Assembly: GCA_000165425.1 (NCBI GenBank)
Contig: CT868130.1
Coordinates: forward strand, 1 to 64,000
Source of the DNA: Paramecium tetraurelia
Taxonomy: Eukaryota
DNA length: 64,000 nucleotides
Direction: 5' to 3'
This document shows positions 42,253 through 55,476 of the stretch, in pieces; positions within the stretch are counted from its first letter, which is position 1, and each line of letters starts with the position of its first letter. A program made the translations under genes and the position numbers. Under the pieces are notes generated by a model. That model saw nothing but the letters and a program-made list of their open reading frames with translations. It did not search any database and was not told where the DNA came from.

Positions 42253-42801
42253 ATGAAGTAAAATAATAAATCCCCTGCACCTTTTGCTATCACCGAAGAA
42301 AAACAAACTATCGAAACTATGCTAAACCTTGTTAAACTCCAAACTTAATAGCTCAAAGATTAATAGCTTCAATAAAGCAATGAAATCAAATTGTTGAGCA
42401 AAGCCTTCAGGGACTAAAATCAATCCATCTTATAAAGCTAAAATTAAGAATACTTCTCATTAACGTCCAAGCTCATCGAAGAAATAGAATCCGATAATTA
42501 TTTTCAAATTAAGCTGAATTAAATTTAAGCCTACAATAAATAACTATATAACCTTATCAAAGATGTTCAAAAGGAAATTCCTTCACAATATTAACAACTA
42601 ACTACCATCAATAGAGTTATCAATTTTTATAAATGCATTTTCAGAATCTCGATTAAACAATTGAATAAAGATGAAGTAGCCATCATTTTTCATCAAACCT
42701 TGGGAAACACTGATTATGGGCATCCAATAATTATTTAATTGAAAGATACCAAATAGCAATAAAGGTAATAATTTTGGAATTAATTTACATAATTAATATG
42801 A
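42253..42801 (+). CDS. Coiled-coil protein with a short C-terminal globular domain (Spc24/Spc25-like candidate)
   Basis: Intronless 182-aa ORF: N-terminal coiled coil, then VINFYKCIFRISIKQLNKDEVAIIFHQ...HPIIIQL...QFWNQF. The CDS is solid; the family is inferred. Confidence 0.75.
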
Positions 42802-42990
42802 GATTATTATTCTATTATCTCTTTAAAAAATAATTAAATGAGCTATTTCTTTTTATTATATCTTATCACATTTAAACTAATAGGTAAGAGTAAATTCATC
42901 CTATTTTGTTATTAAGTTTTGAGAGAATAAAATATTTCTTTTATAAGATAATGATATAAATATTAAACTAGAAATTCAAAGTAATTATGT

Positions 42991-43533
42991 TCAGCAAAGA
43001 CAAAGCCAATTCCATCCTTTTGAATCTTTTTTTTTTTAAACTATTTCTACTTTATCATGCATTATTCTATATGTTTCAAATATTTTATTAAACATTTCTT
43101 TGACGGTTTAAGGACTACGTGCCGATGTATAATACAAGGCATAATTTTGAATCAATTCTTCTATGTATCTATTTTTCTTTTGCAAAATTTTATCTGTTTT
43201 ATTCCCAACTAGGACCATGGGGGTTACTTATGCAGAGTTTTAAATAATATTCAACCACTTTTCAACATCTCGAAAAGCATCTTTTGAAGAGATGTCAAAG
43301 CAAAGAATAATCAAGTCAGCATTTTTCATGCTATTTGTTGTGAGTTATTCAAATTGAGTCAAACCACTTGTATCATAAATCTCGTAGATCTAACCATTTT
43401 TTTGATATCTACAATAATTTATGCCTATTGTCTAAGCAATGTTAAAGGTAAATGGTTTATTTTATAAAACACTTAGAATTGATGATTTTCCACTGCTGGA
43501 TTCTCCAACTAGATATATTTTAAAGGGTTTCAT
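42991..43533 (-). CDS. Divergent Rab-like small GTPase
   Basis: LVGESSSGKS, YDTSGL, LVGNKTD, YTSAR, C-terminal CLC*. 180 aa, intronless. Confidence 0.9.
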
Positions 43534-44131
43534 TTAAAAATATTAATAAATTTAATAGTCATATTTTATGATTTAATGTTTTAATTAGAAGTTATAGAAT
43601 AACAAATTTTATCAATTCATCTTCTCTTACTTCTCTAAATCCCATTGAGGAACATTGTAATGGATAAAACGAATTTTTATTGTATTCTGTACAGTTTGGC
43701 TTTGTTTTATTCTGTTTGTTATTTTGATTTAGAAAATTTTCAATTAAGGCACTAAATGAAAATAGAAACTAATATGCAAGTACATAGCTTGGTACAGACA
43801 TATATAATATTAATTGTATATAAAGTAAAGTATGTTAAAGGAAAAAATATAATATTATGGATGATTTAATTTAGGACCCAAAATGATTAGGAATTAAATC
43901 TTATGATTTAAGAAATTCAACTCTTAACAAGTGCAATTTTTCTTAATTAAAATAATATTAGTTGTAGGATTAGTTCGTTCTAATTAATAAATATAATTAT
44001 GTTATAAGATCATATCAGTTGATTAATGATAGAAAGCACTAACAAGTGCAAATCTACAATAATGAAATCCCTTAACAAAAAGGGGGCTCCTTCCATCATT
44101 ATCAATTTAAAATAATTTTATATTATTTAAA

Positions 44132-46420
44132 ATGATATCAAATTTTTTAGAATAATTTACTGCCAATCCAAAGGTTAGAATTGATACTCTTCTTCCAAAT
44201 TATTTGATTTATAATAAAATGCATCCGGACGATGCTGAAGTTACTAAAGAATTTAATGAAATATTGGCAATAATAAAAGAAAAGTTCTAATTGACAATAA
44301 AACTATACATTTTATCAGTCAAAAGAGATATGGTACCTAAAAAATTATTTATAACTCAATAAATGGAAGAAAACCTTAACAATACAGAATTAAATCCTAT
44401 TTTAAAATCACAGCTACTTCTAGATCTTCAAGTTTTTTTATATGCCCTAACTTAAATATAGGATATTTATACGATGTTTTTTAAATAGGATTTCTTTACA
44501 TATGTGGAAATGTAAGTCTATTTATAGATAATCTAGGTAAGACATCCTTGATGATAATATCAATTTAAATTGGTTCACTACTTTAATAGAAAAAAAAGTT
44601 ATTGCTTATTTAATAAATGTTCTTGGAACTGCTAAAGGATTATTATATCAAATGGTTATTGAGCAATTGAATTATCAGGATCTTATTCTCATGTTGAATA
44701 AAATTGTTGTTTAAATTTTTAACGATTGTGCTAACTCATTAAAAACGATAACAAATGAATTTGTAAATGCTACCAACAAATGTAATCTATGCAATAAATA
44801 TTTGCTTATGGGTTTGTTTCAAGAGTTATCAGTTAGAGCATATGACTTAGTTGAAAATTACGAAGATTTCACGATTTTTCATTTATCAAGCCATGATGCT
44901 AAAGAAGAATTTGCTCGATTAGTAATCAATTATTTTGACTTAATGAACCTATATGTAAATAGAAATGATGAAGATTGTAAATAAATAATTAAATTTTAGT
45001 ATTTACTCCATTTTAAAACACGGTGTTGAAATATGTCAAAGAAAATAATGATGAATTAGAAGCCATAGAATAAGCAATTACTAAAATAACTAGTAGAAAT
45101 AAAAAAGTAGTAACTCATAAGATTGTCTCCAAAAGAAATTAGAGATTTGGAATACTTTTGGACATTGATTGTGAGGATGGATCTAAATTAAGGTTTATTA
45201 TTCATAAGCCTATTGATAAAATTGTAATTACTAATGCAAAACTTGTTTAAAATAGATGGATGTTTGTGGAAGCTCTAGAAGGATTAACTCCAGAATAATT
45301 ACTCAAAAAGAAAGAAGAATCCAAAAGTGAGTATAGTTCAATCTAATAAGCATTTGATTCTTTGAATTTTCAATAAAGTGTAAACACGATTCATGAAGAT
45401 TTTGATGTAAGTGAGGAAAGAATGCAATTTATAACATTTAATGAATCTACGGCAGAAATACAGAGTGCATTTTCTGAATCAATAAAAATAAATGGTCTCT
45501 AAGGTGAAACGTTTAATGCTCATTTTTCAAGTGCAGCAGGTGATATTGGAGCATCATTAGGCAATTGTTTAGCAAATATAAATAAATACAACTCTCGAAA
45601 AGAATTTTTGGTTGATTTTGGTCAAACTGCCGTTGTCAGTGGTTCTCTTACATATATAGCTACTTAGATGCCAGTTATTGGTTAATTATTTGCTTTGGGA
45701 GCATTTGGATATTTTACAGCAAAAATCTACTCAAATGAATCATCATCTTAGAAAAGCAAGAACACTTAATTAAATAAATTATTAATTTCAACCACTGCAA
45801 ACGTAGGTTCAGGAATAAGTGGAGCTTTAATAGGATAGGCATTGATTCCAGTTCCGATTTTTGGAGCTTTAATAGGTGGATTCATTGGAGGTCTATTAGG
45901 GGGAGCCTCTTCATCAATGATATTAGAATACATGAGCGAACAAAGATTCTAAAATTTGTTTGAATTAATTCAATTTAAAGAAGAGAATGGACATTGGGAA
46001 TATTCTGATGAATATTTAAACTAACTTGGTTTAAGTAAGTAGATATTTTAAGAACAATTACCTAATAATTTAAGGTATGATGAAAATAAGGATAATAAAT
46101 GGATTTCTATAGTAATATATATTTCATATCATTAGATTTCTTACACATATTGTACTGTGTATCAAGCCTAATTAGATTCGATAAGGAATAAGAAAATTTA
46201 GTAAGAAGGTGAAAATAATAAAAACAATTCTTTTTAAGATCATTCATCGCAATCCAGTACTACTAACCTAGATACAAATAAGCAGCTAGAAGAAGATTAA
46301 GTTGAGTTCCCAGAATTTATAGAATAGGCGAGTAAGTGGATCATATAAAATAAGTGTTTAATGGGGTTATCATTGCAAAATACGGAAATCATAATAAAAT
46401 GTATATTTCAAAATTTATGA
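44132..46420 (+). CDS. Large protein with a glycine-zipper hydrophobic hairpin
   Basis: Long code-6 ORF with at least one intron. GSGISGALIGQALIPVPIFGALIGGFIGGLLGGAS. Confidence 0.8.
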
Positions 46421-46538
46421 TAATATCTTAAATACTTTTTATTATTGATGCAATTGCTGGATTTTTCTTTTAATTATTTTTATATTTCATTATACAATTA
46501 CGACTTTTATAGTTTATGATTGTTTTATATTAAAAAAG

Positions 46539-46902
46539 TCAAGCTCCCTCCTCAATAAATTTTACTTGTATGTTCAATTATTAACCTGGGCCTCTAAAAA
46601 GGCTTTAAATTTCCTAATGAGCTAAAGACTTTTAAGCGGATAAAGTCTTATCCTGAAATCCTTTAGTGACATGATACTCAAGCTTTTTCGCAAAAAAATC
46701 TGTTTTTAATATATTGGCAAATGTGAACTTCAAATCTTCTAAAGCAATTTTTGTATTTAACTCCTGCATTAGATTTAAAAAAGTATAATACCATAACGAT
46801 ATACTTGTCTAATCCACTGAAGGTAAATTTCACCTTCTCATAATCTCCAAATGTTAAGAAAGGCTGATTTTGATTTTAATTCCTCTCTTCTTTACTCATC
46901 AT
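46539..46902 (-). CDS. Small protein, ubiquitin/SUMO-like fold candidate
   Basis: 111 aa after a 28-nt intron (46764-46791): ...VKFTFSGLDKYIVMELNTKIALEDLKFTFANIL...KTLSAQKSLAHQEIQ...LNIQVKFIEEGA*. Confidence 0.7.
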
Positions 46903-46940
46903 ATAATAAAAATATTATTGTATTTTTTAAATATATTTTA

Positions 46941-48240
46941 ATGATGAAATCAGAGTATTTTAATGGATTTTTTTGGATTGTATACTTTGACTTTATAATT
47001 ATGTTATTATTAAGCTTTACAAGTGCAGGAAAAAATATACTATATACAATGTACTCAGATTTCGATTTTAATACTTTAGCTTCATTGCAATATGTTTGTA
47101 ATTATTTATTTGGGCCATTGATGTTGCTTTTGGTAGATAAAATAATCGAATCCTTTAGCTTCAAAAAAATATTTCTGATTAGTTCGTTTAACTTAAACAT
47201 TTTTTTATTAGGAGGATTATTGGTGGCAAAGTGCTAAGAATCATGTTCAGTTTCCTTAGTTGAGACTATTACTGTGATTTCATCGTTAATTGCTGGTGTT
47301 CTTCAAACAGTCTTTTATGTTTCTTTCGTAGCTTATATCAATTTTATGTGCAACAATTCAAACAGGGAATTATTTTTCGGAATAAGTTTCTCTTTTACTA
47401 GTATGTCAAACATATTATCAAATATAATTGGTATATAAAGTAAATGTATATTTAGGCTATTATTTAAAACAATATTTTAATTTATTTACATTCTATGTAA
47501 TAATAGTTGTAATCTCAATTATTTTGCAAGCACTATTTTTTTGCATGAAAGACAATCAAATATCAACATAGAAAGAAAGTCGTTCAATTGTGAAGGAAAT
47601 TCAGTATTAATTCCTTTCCTTGTACAAAGAAATTACCTTTAGAAGTTATTGTTTGTTTTTAGGAGTTCTTGTATTCGCAGGTTTGATGAACTCAGTAATT
47701 TACTTGTTTTTGCCTGTTCTTGTAGAGAGACTAGGATTTTTAGGTTAAGATTTGTATAATAAAATCTTTATAACATTCTTAATAACTGGAATTGGTTAGG
47801 TTATTGGAGGTATTACAGCTGGCAAGTTAAGTGAGAAATTTAAAGAAAATAATGTTTTATATTTTAGCTTTGTTGTAAACTTTATTGGAATATTGTTAGC
47901 ATAAATTGGAATTTCAGAATAAAGCTTTTCACTAGTATTGGTTGGATGTGCCTTAATTGGATATGCAGATAGTTCAATTTCCTCTTTGGCTCTGATAGTG
48001 ATTACGAAGTAAATCTCAACTAAAATACATGCCTTTGCTGGTTTTAATTTATGCTAGAGTATTGGATTTGGATTATCCTCAATTTGGTGGGCCTTTTTTA
48101 ATAAGAAATCATTGACTTATGACTTTTCTTACCTTTACATTACTACATCATTGGCCCTTATTTCATTTGTAGTTTATAATTGCCATATCTTGAGAGAAGG
48201 AAAAACAAAAGAGAAAGATGATTTAATCCCCCAATAATGA
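46941..48240 (+). CDS. UNC-93-like / MFS multi-pass membrane protein
   Basis: About 10-12 hydrophobic segments in two halves, one intron. GIGQVIGGITAGKLSEKF resembles MFS motif A. Confidence 0.8.
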
Positions 48241-48491
48241 GTATTATTTTAGTGTTATAATAAAATATTCTAACAACGGATATAAATCTTCTTCATCCAC
48301 AGTAGATAGATAAGATCGAAATATGAAGGAAATGAGTATAAAATTGAGGTAAAGAAAAGAAGCTTGTAAATTATGGATAATAGTTGAAATTCTAGATATT
48401 ATTGCACAAATCTAATAGGTTAAAATGAGTATGATACATTATAAATTTTGTTTAGATTATTTCTAACTAACAGTTGATAATATATATATTA

Positions 48492-50035
48492 ATGAAGATT
48501 AATTCTGCCAGTTAATAAAAGTTAGCAATGACTAGGCCATAGACTACCCCTCAAAAGGCAGGATAGTCACCTATAAAGAAAAACAAGTATGAAAAATAGT
48601 TGAAATAAAAGGTATTTGGTGTAATCAGGGGTGTCATCCCTAGCTAAAACTGATAATAAAGTCTCAAAATCAACTGCATTGTCACATGATTTAATATCTT
48701 TGATAAAGAATGGAGGAAATGGTCATCATAATAGTCAGCAATTGGATAGGAAATAGAATTCTCACAGCAAATTCATTCTTGACATAAATGATGCAAATTA
48801 AAAAAAAATTAGACCTAATTCAAGACAATAAATCCAACATTTGGTTAAAAGTAAGAAACTAGATAGCAATCTTAAATATCATGAGGAGCTAATTCAAAAG
48901 CAATTTCAGAAATTATTCGAATTACAAAAGCAACATCAACAAACTCACAAATCCCCACCTTAAATACATAATAGAGCGATGAGCAATGGCGATTTGAAGC
49001 CTACTAGCGATATTGCCAATAAGTTGATAGAATATATAAAGAAATAATCAGCCAAGAAAATAAAGGGTTATAGATCAATATCCAATCCAGACATCATCGT
49101 TACTGATAGAAGATTGATATCAAAATACGCAGTGAAGTATATTGTTATTAGAATAATTATAGAACTCAAGCTGGAATGTTGCATACAAAATAGGAGAAGG
49201 TAAATTAGGATTCTTATGCAATTCATGAAGGAATAGGAAACATAGATAATTCATATCTCATATAAGTGTCGGATGGACATGGAGTGAATGGACATGAAGT
49301 TGCTTAATTTGTTTAAGAACGATTGCCGATTATTATTGATTAGTTATTAAAATCTCATAAAATTGGAAAGAATGATTAGGATATGATGATATAAGTGATT
49401 TTGAGATAAGCATTTGAAAGAACAACAAAGGAATTATATACTTCAGGAATAGATATCACATTTAGTGGAGCCACAACTGTTTGTTTATTGATTATTGAAC
49501 ATGTGGGATGGTGTGCTAATATTGGAGATTCAAGAGCTATTTTGGGAAGATAGAAGGATGGATTACATGTAGTTGAATTGTCTCATGATTAAAAACCTGA
49601 TTTACCAAAGGAGGAGAAAAGAATCATATAAAATGGAGGAAGAGTACAAGCGTATTCTGATGAAGAAGGAAATCCAATCGGTCCGGCTAGAGTTTGGTTG
49701 TTAGATGAAAATATTCCAGGATTGGCAATGTCTCGAAGTTTTGGAGATTATGTGGCTGCTTAAGTGGGCGTAATATCTATTCCAGAAATAATTAAACACA
49801 CATTTTAAAATGACAAATTCTTAATCATGGCATCAGATGGAATTTGGGAGTATCCAATCATTTATATTCAAGGTTTCTCGATAACAAATGGATTGTTGAA
49901 GTGGTCTATGGGTATTATTTGAAAAATGATGCTGAAGGAGCTGTTGAAAGATTGGTCAAGGAAGCCACATAGGCATGGTAAAAGGAGGATGAAGTTATAG
50001 ATGATATCACTTGCATTGTAGCATTTTTGAATTGA
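48492..50035 (+). CDS. Protein phosphatase 2C
   Basis: NQDS, VSDGHG, SGAT, ANIGDSRA, LSHDQKPD, GLAMSRSFGD, ASDGIWE, DDIT. Confidence 0.96.
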
Positions 50036-50106
50036 TAAACATAAATATCTTAAGAATATATATTTCCACTTTTTCAATGCTTAATTTTATTAATTATATT
50101 ATTTTA

Positions 50107-50943
50107 ATGTCAGACAAACCAAATATCCCTGCTCCTAATTCCTTGGTCAAATATGCAAGTGCCACTTTGGTTTCTACTTCTGGAAAGCCCATCAAAGATA
50201 AAAAGAAAGGAAGAGATGCTGCTCCTTAGTCAATTACTAATGCATAAACAGAAGATATATTGAATTCAATTCTTCCTCCTAGAGTATCTATTTTTTGTAC
50301 TAAATTAGGAATACACAATGGAGAAATAATAATTATGGATTCAATGTGTTTCTTCCACTCCAGCGAAAAGAGTATTTCGATTTTATATTCAAAATAGGAA
50401 GATGTTATTTTGCTTTAAGAAAATTTAGATAAAAAATTGCAATAAAGATAAGCCAGAGAAACTGGTATATGTCCTATTCGAGAGGAATTATATGCTTAAT
50501 GTTTTGATGAACTTATAAGACAAGTATTATATGTAAGTTACAATTAGATTACAATAAATTGTGCTGAAAGGGGACTTCTCTTAGTTAGGGTCAGGGATGA
50601 AATTAGACAGACAATTCAAGCTTATTAAACTTTGTATGAGAGTTCTATTGCTTTTGGAATGAGAAAAGCCTTACAAGCCGAACAAAGAAAAGTAAATTAT
50701 TACTTAAATGTTTAGACTGATTATAACAATAAAATAAAGTAATTAGAAACTGAATGTCAAGATTTATCGAAACAGGTGGAGAAAATAGAGAGCACTATTG
50801 AAGATATGTAAAGACAAGATTAAGAACAATAAGAACATGAAGAAGCTAAACATAGAGATCAAGTCAATTTCTTAAAAAATGCAAACAAAGTATACAAAGA
50901 AGAATTAGAGAAATTCCTTACAGGTGCTAATGTTAAAAAATGA
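50107..50943 (+). CDS. DNALI1: Axonemal inner-arm dynein light intermediate chain p28
   Basis: ILNSILPPRE, ARETGICPIREELYAQCFDELIRQITINCAERGLLLVRVRDE, YESSIAFGMRKAL. 4 introns. Confidence 0.97.
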
Positions 50944-51114
50944 TTAATATAATATTAAATAGTCGATTTTATATTTTTAATCTTTAAGAAATTTTCTTTA
51001 GTTAGAAGTAATCTAAAATAATTAAATTATATACATTAAAGTAATCAATATTTATAATTATAAAAAAATAACATTATATTTAATTATGTTAAAATATATC
51101 ACTAATTAAACCCT

Positions 51115-52725
51115 TCAAGTTACAGGATCTTTCGCTGTTTCAGCAAGCAAAGCTGGAATTATTACTTCATTAATAGAGAATCTATTAAAGTATGTGAGTG
51201 ACGTTAATTTCGGTTGCTGATAAATATTCTTATCATACCTTTAAAGATTCAGTTTATCGATAATGATTTATTGAATAGATATTATTTAGTTTTTGTATAA
51301 TAAATAATTAATTTGATAAAAATCAACATTAAATTCAACAGTGGGAATGATATACCAATAATTTATCAAACCCAAAAAGAACAGAGTTGATTATAATTAA
51401 GGCCACAATAGATATTATATTGTTTGCAACTTGAATTATATCAACAATTAATACTACGAATCCTACTTTATACTTATTCATTAACATATAAGCAGGTTTA
51501 GTGAATACTAGCAACCCTATAATCTTAAATTATATAAAAGTAATATACCCCTAAACCAATAAAAGTTAACAACTATTCATTTGTTATTGTTTTTTACAAA
51601 AATAACTATAGTAAACTATTAAGTGAGATCATAAAAGATCCGAAAGCAGCAGTTGCAGCAGCCTCTCTTGCAATTATTTTGTTATTTAATAAAAATGCTA
51701 CGGGAATGATACCACCTCCCATTCCTATAATCCCTGTACTAAAACCAGCCAACCAACCTGCGAAGTAATATTGCCAAAATATTTTTCTGGGTGTGAAAAA
51801 TCTATGCTTTGGCCTGTATTAGACCAAGTCTTTATAATATTCTTCATTTCTTTTATTCCAATAAATCAAGGATGTGTAGATAAAATTTGCGCCAAGTAAG
51901 ACCAAGATAATCAAATTGTTCTCCACTGAGCACGGGTCTAGCCCAATGATGGAATTATTATAATTATTTGATCTCATTAAGATTATTGTTTAATTAATTA
52001 TGAAGGATCCAATAACAAAGCAAATGTTCTTAATTTAAATTTTATTATGGTCATTCACATAAAATTCCTCGTACTTATTTAACAACTTTTCATCCAAATC
52101 TGTTTCCTTTGCCATTTCTTCCCTCGTTTTGATTTTCTCTGATACAAAAACCTTGTTGTTTCTCTTATCTTGTTCTAGTTGTCTTTATCTAAATGCTTTA
52201 ATAATACCATTTGATACTGAATTTCCACAGGAATGGAGTTGCTCCTATCAAAAAGCATAATTAAATGAGATATATAGCAAGTTAAGGGAAAAGTTACGAA
52301 AGGAGAGCTCCGAGACTCCAGGCTAAAGGGATGGCTTGATTGAATATTACGCAGATGTCGAAGTTAACAAGTGGCAATTCTGGGATATCCGGATGTCTTT
52401 CTAATGAAATGTTAAGATACTTTTCAAAAAACAAAAAGAATAAATTCAGAGATGTGGTTGTGAATAGAAAGCTATCTCCGACTTGAGTTGCAATGTTAGA
52501 TGGATAATTTAATAGGAGATTTAAAATAGGCCTTTTGACCATTCCACTGCCTAACCCTCCCAATATTCCGATTCCAAGAAATATTGGAATCAAGGAATAA
52601 ACAAAACCCGTGTATGGTGTCAATTCCAAAATAGGATCATGAACACATGTAAAGCTGAGTTCATTCCATTCACAATCACTCAATAGCCAGCATCCCTTAT
52701 CAGGATCACACGCTTAACCACTCAT
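51115..52725 (-). CDS. Sulfite exporter TauE/SafE family membrane protein
   Basis: GIGILGGLGSGM..PIL, RHPD..PLVNFDI, second GIIGMGGGIIP repeat, multiple TM segments. Confidence 0.88.
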
Positions 52726-52844
52726 TTTGTTATTTTATATACTTATGTTCTTTATGTTAATATGTATCAAATTATATATTATATTTCGAACATTCTTTAT
52801 TATTTTTTTTTGTTGGTTCTTTGATTAAAATTATTATTTATTTT

Positions 52845-53509
52845 ATGGACTCTTAATACGAGGAGGGAGAAATAATGACTCAGAAGAGCGAATAATTGGA
52901 ACGCATAAATAGCGAATCCTCATTGCGTTCCCTTGTAAATTCTTATTTAAACATTTAGAGTGATACTAATTTCGATGAAAGAGTGCGTAAATCTTAATAA
53001 GAAGACCCAAGTTCTTTTTCTTACGTCTGTGCCATCTACAATTTCTTAGGTCAATGTAATCAAGTTGGCTGCAAGTATTACAATTCATATCCTTAAGGAA
53101 AAGGCATATCCTTTTGTAAGATGGATTAGAGTAATTCATTACTGAGAATATCCAATTATTGAGGCAATTGATCAATAATGGGGAAAAGATTAGAGTTCCT
53201 TATGAAAATTATCTAACTAAAGAAAATCACCACAAAAAACATTAGGTAATCAAACCTAAAGTTATGACGAACTACAATCAAGAACTCTGTGAAAAATACA
53301 AAAGAGCCTTAACTCATAAATTAAGGAAAGATATCGATAAAATGTAAGATAAACTCAAAACCATTTGCTATCTCAAGAAATGGGTGAGACACAATTTCGT
53401 AGATGCAAGAGATTTTAGCGAATTGTTTTATTCTCTAAACTCTTCCTAATAAATGCATTTTATGAACTTTTTCAAAGTTCTTGAGTTATAGCCACCCTCA
53501 TTTCAATGA
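52845..53509 (+). CDS. Hypothetical protein with one CCCH-type zinc finger
   Basis: CAIYNFLGQCNQVGCK|KRH after splicing. 2 introns restore the frame. Confidence 0.72.
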
Positions 53510-54092
53510 TCGTTTATACATATAAATTTGTTTCTATGTGTATGTGCAACACTTATCCCATTATTTTATTGGAATATAAATCTCCAACAAAGTAAGTTTC
53601 TTAAAGTTTCAAAGAAACTCAATTTTTAGATTCCATTTCAATTAAACTAAGAGAGGACGGGGGTTTACAAGTCTCGCGAACTCTGAGTATCAGTGGTTTG
53701 GAGTAGTTTAAATTTATGTGTATTATTTAATTATTGCAATCTCTCTGTTTAAGGAGTAATAATTAGAATATGATGATTAATGGATAAAGTTTGTTACATT
53801 TTCATGTTGAACTCATTGATCGACCTATATAATAATAATAATTAAAATATTAGGCACCATCGTGTTGATTATTTAGAGAATCTGCATCTTTTACTACCAT
53901 CATCAGCTAGTCATATTCATTTGAGTTATTTTTGTAAAGCATTGAATTTTTCAACATTTTCTATTATAACCCTCTCAATTTGGCATCTCTCCATGTAATC
54001 ATTGAGTGTGTGATCAAATCCTTAGGAAAGAGTAGATGCTACAGGAGATTTTTGTGATTGCTAATATTAAATGGTTTAGAACCCTTATTAAT

Positions 54093-54744
54093 ATGATTAA
54101 AAGAGATTATTTGTCATTTCATTAAGTGTTTGAATAAAGAGTATAGTTTAAAAGTCACCAAAGAAGAATTGCTTAAGTAAGGGGGTCAAGCTATAACGAC
54201 TCTGATTATTCGAAGCTAATTGAGCAAGTCACAGGGTTTTAGCAACGAATGAGAAAGAGAAATCATCAAATCCAAGAGTAGCAAATATAAGCAAAAAATG
54301 AATTACTATCTTAACGATTGAGATCGATACAGAAAACTGAGCCAAAATTACAATTAAATGACCTAAAAATATATAGTTCTAGGAAACAGTTTTAGCTGCA
54401 ATACGATCGGGAAGTATCTAAGTAAAATTCTAGACTGAGAGAACGAATAAAGTCGATGTATATAATTAGAAATTATATTAAGTGAGCCCCAAATAAATAG
54501 AAAAACTCTGAATTAAGATTTTGTGAAACATTAAATTACTTTGGAGAGAATGCAGAAGTTCAAAATGAAAAATAACAGATGCGTGTTAAAGTCGTTAGAG
54601 AGGATTGAAAACTGCGAATCATAAAACCAAAACAAATACTTGAAATATTACACACAAACAATAAAAACTGAGCCTGATAAAGAATATAGTGCTTGCAGAT
54701 CTAATACTAATAAAGTACTGAGTTTTATAAATCTGATTGATTGA
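54093..54744 (+). CDS. CFAP97/Hemingway (KIAA1430)-domain-like protein
   Basis: HQRRIAQV...IQAKNELLSQRLRSI...EVSKQNSRLRERIKSIEP...LNQDFVKH pattern. 1 intron. Confidence 0.68.
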
Positions 54745-55476
54745 TTTTAAGCCATAGAACAATCAAATATATGAATTGTATTATATAATAATAATTATAT
54801 TATGTTTTGATTGTGTTGAATAAAATCATAATATTGATAGCAATTTCAATACTAAAATTGTCATATGAATCTTACAATATAAAAACCTTCTATCTTCATT
54901 ACAACATGTTTCAGATAGATTTTTGGTATACTTATTCGTTATATTTGAATGAGTGGGACAAGAACTCTATTCTCTATCATTTAAAATCGTGATCATTAAT
55001 TTATCAGTCATCAAGTATTATAAAAAAGTAGAAAACTTTTGTGTTATTTACAAATCTAGCTACAAATATGATAAGGTTATCTATAGAGCTGTTGATTTTC
55101 AACTTAATATTTAGATAATTTTATAAGGTCATTTTTCTTATCTTTACTTAGATCTGGTTTATTTGATTACTAATCTGCACCAGGTTTATATTTCTACTAG
55201 GAATACTTTAGTTTGGAAGCACAATTTCCAACTTCGACACTTCCAAATTGGACAACAAATTAATTATTATTTGGTATTGTGATTAATATATCCTTACTAG
55301 ATTTCAGAAAAAGCAATTAATTATGAAAAATGAACTAGATTAGATTTAGTGGGGAATTGTAATTATTTGGTTTCCTTAAATAAATAATATAATTAATTCG
55401 AATTTATATAGAACATTCTATTTCAGAATAAGGAATTCTTGATAATTATTGATTATATTCATTTTTTTATTATAAT

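Noticed and set aside
46851..46940. Track ORF start suggesting a longer UNC-93-like protein
   Set aside because: It overlaps the divergent minus-strand gene; the ATG at 46941 is the more plausible start.
53520..54117. Possible minus-strand gene overlapping the CFAP97-like start
   Set aside because: The frames cannot be joined into one ORF with convincing introns; at most a decayed remnant.
54790..55330. Minus-strand GNCASK... frame resembling a myristoylated protein start
   Set aside because: No ATG and internal TGAs; too weak to call.
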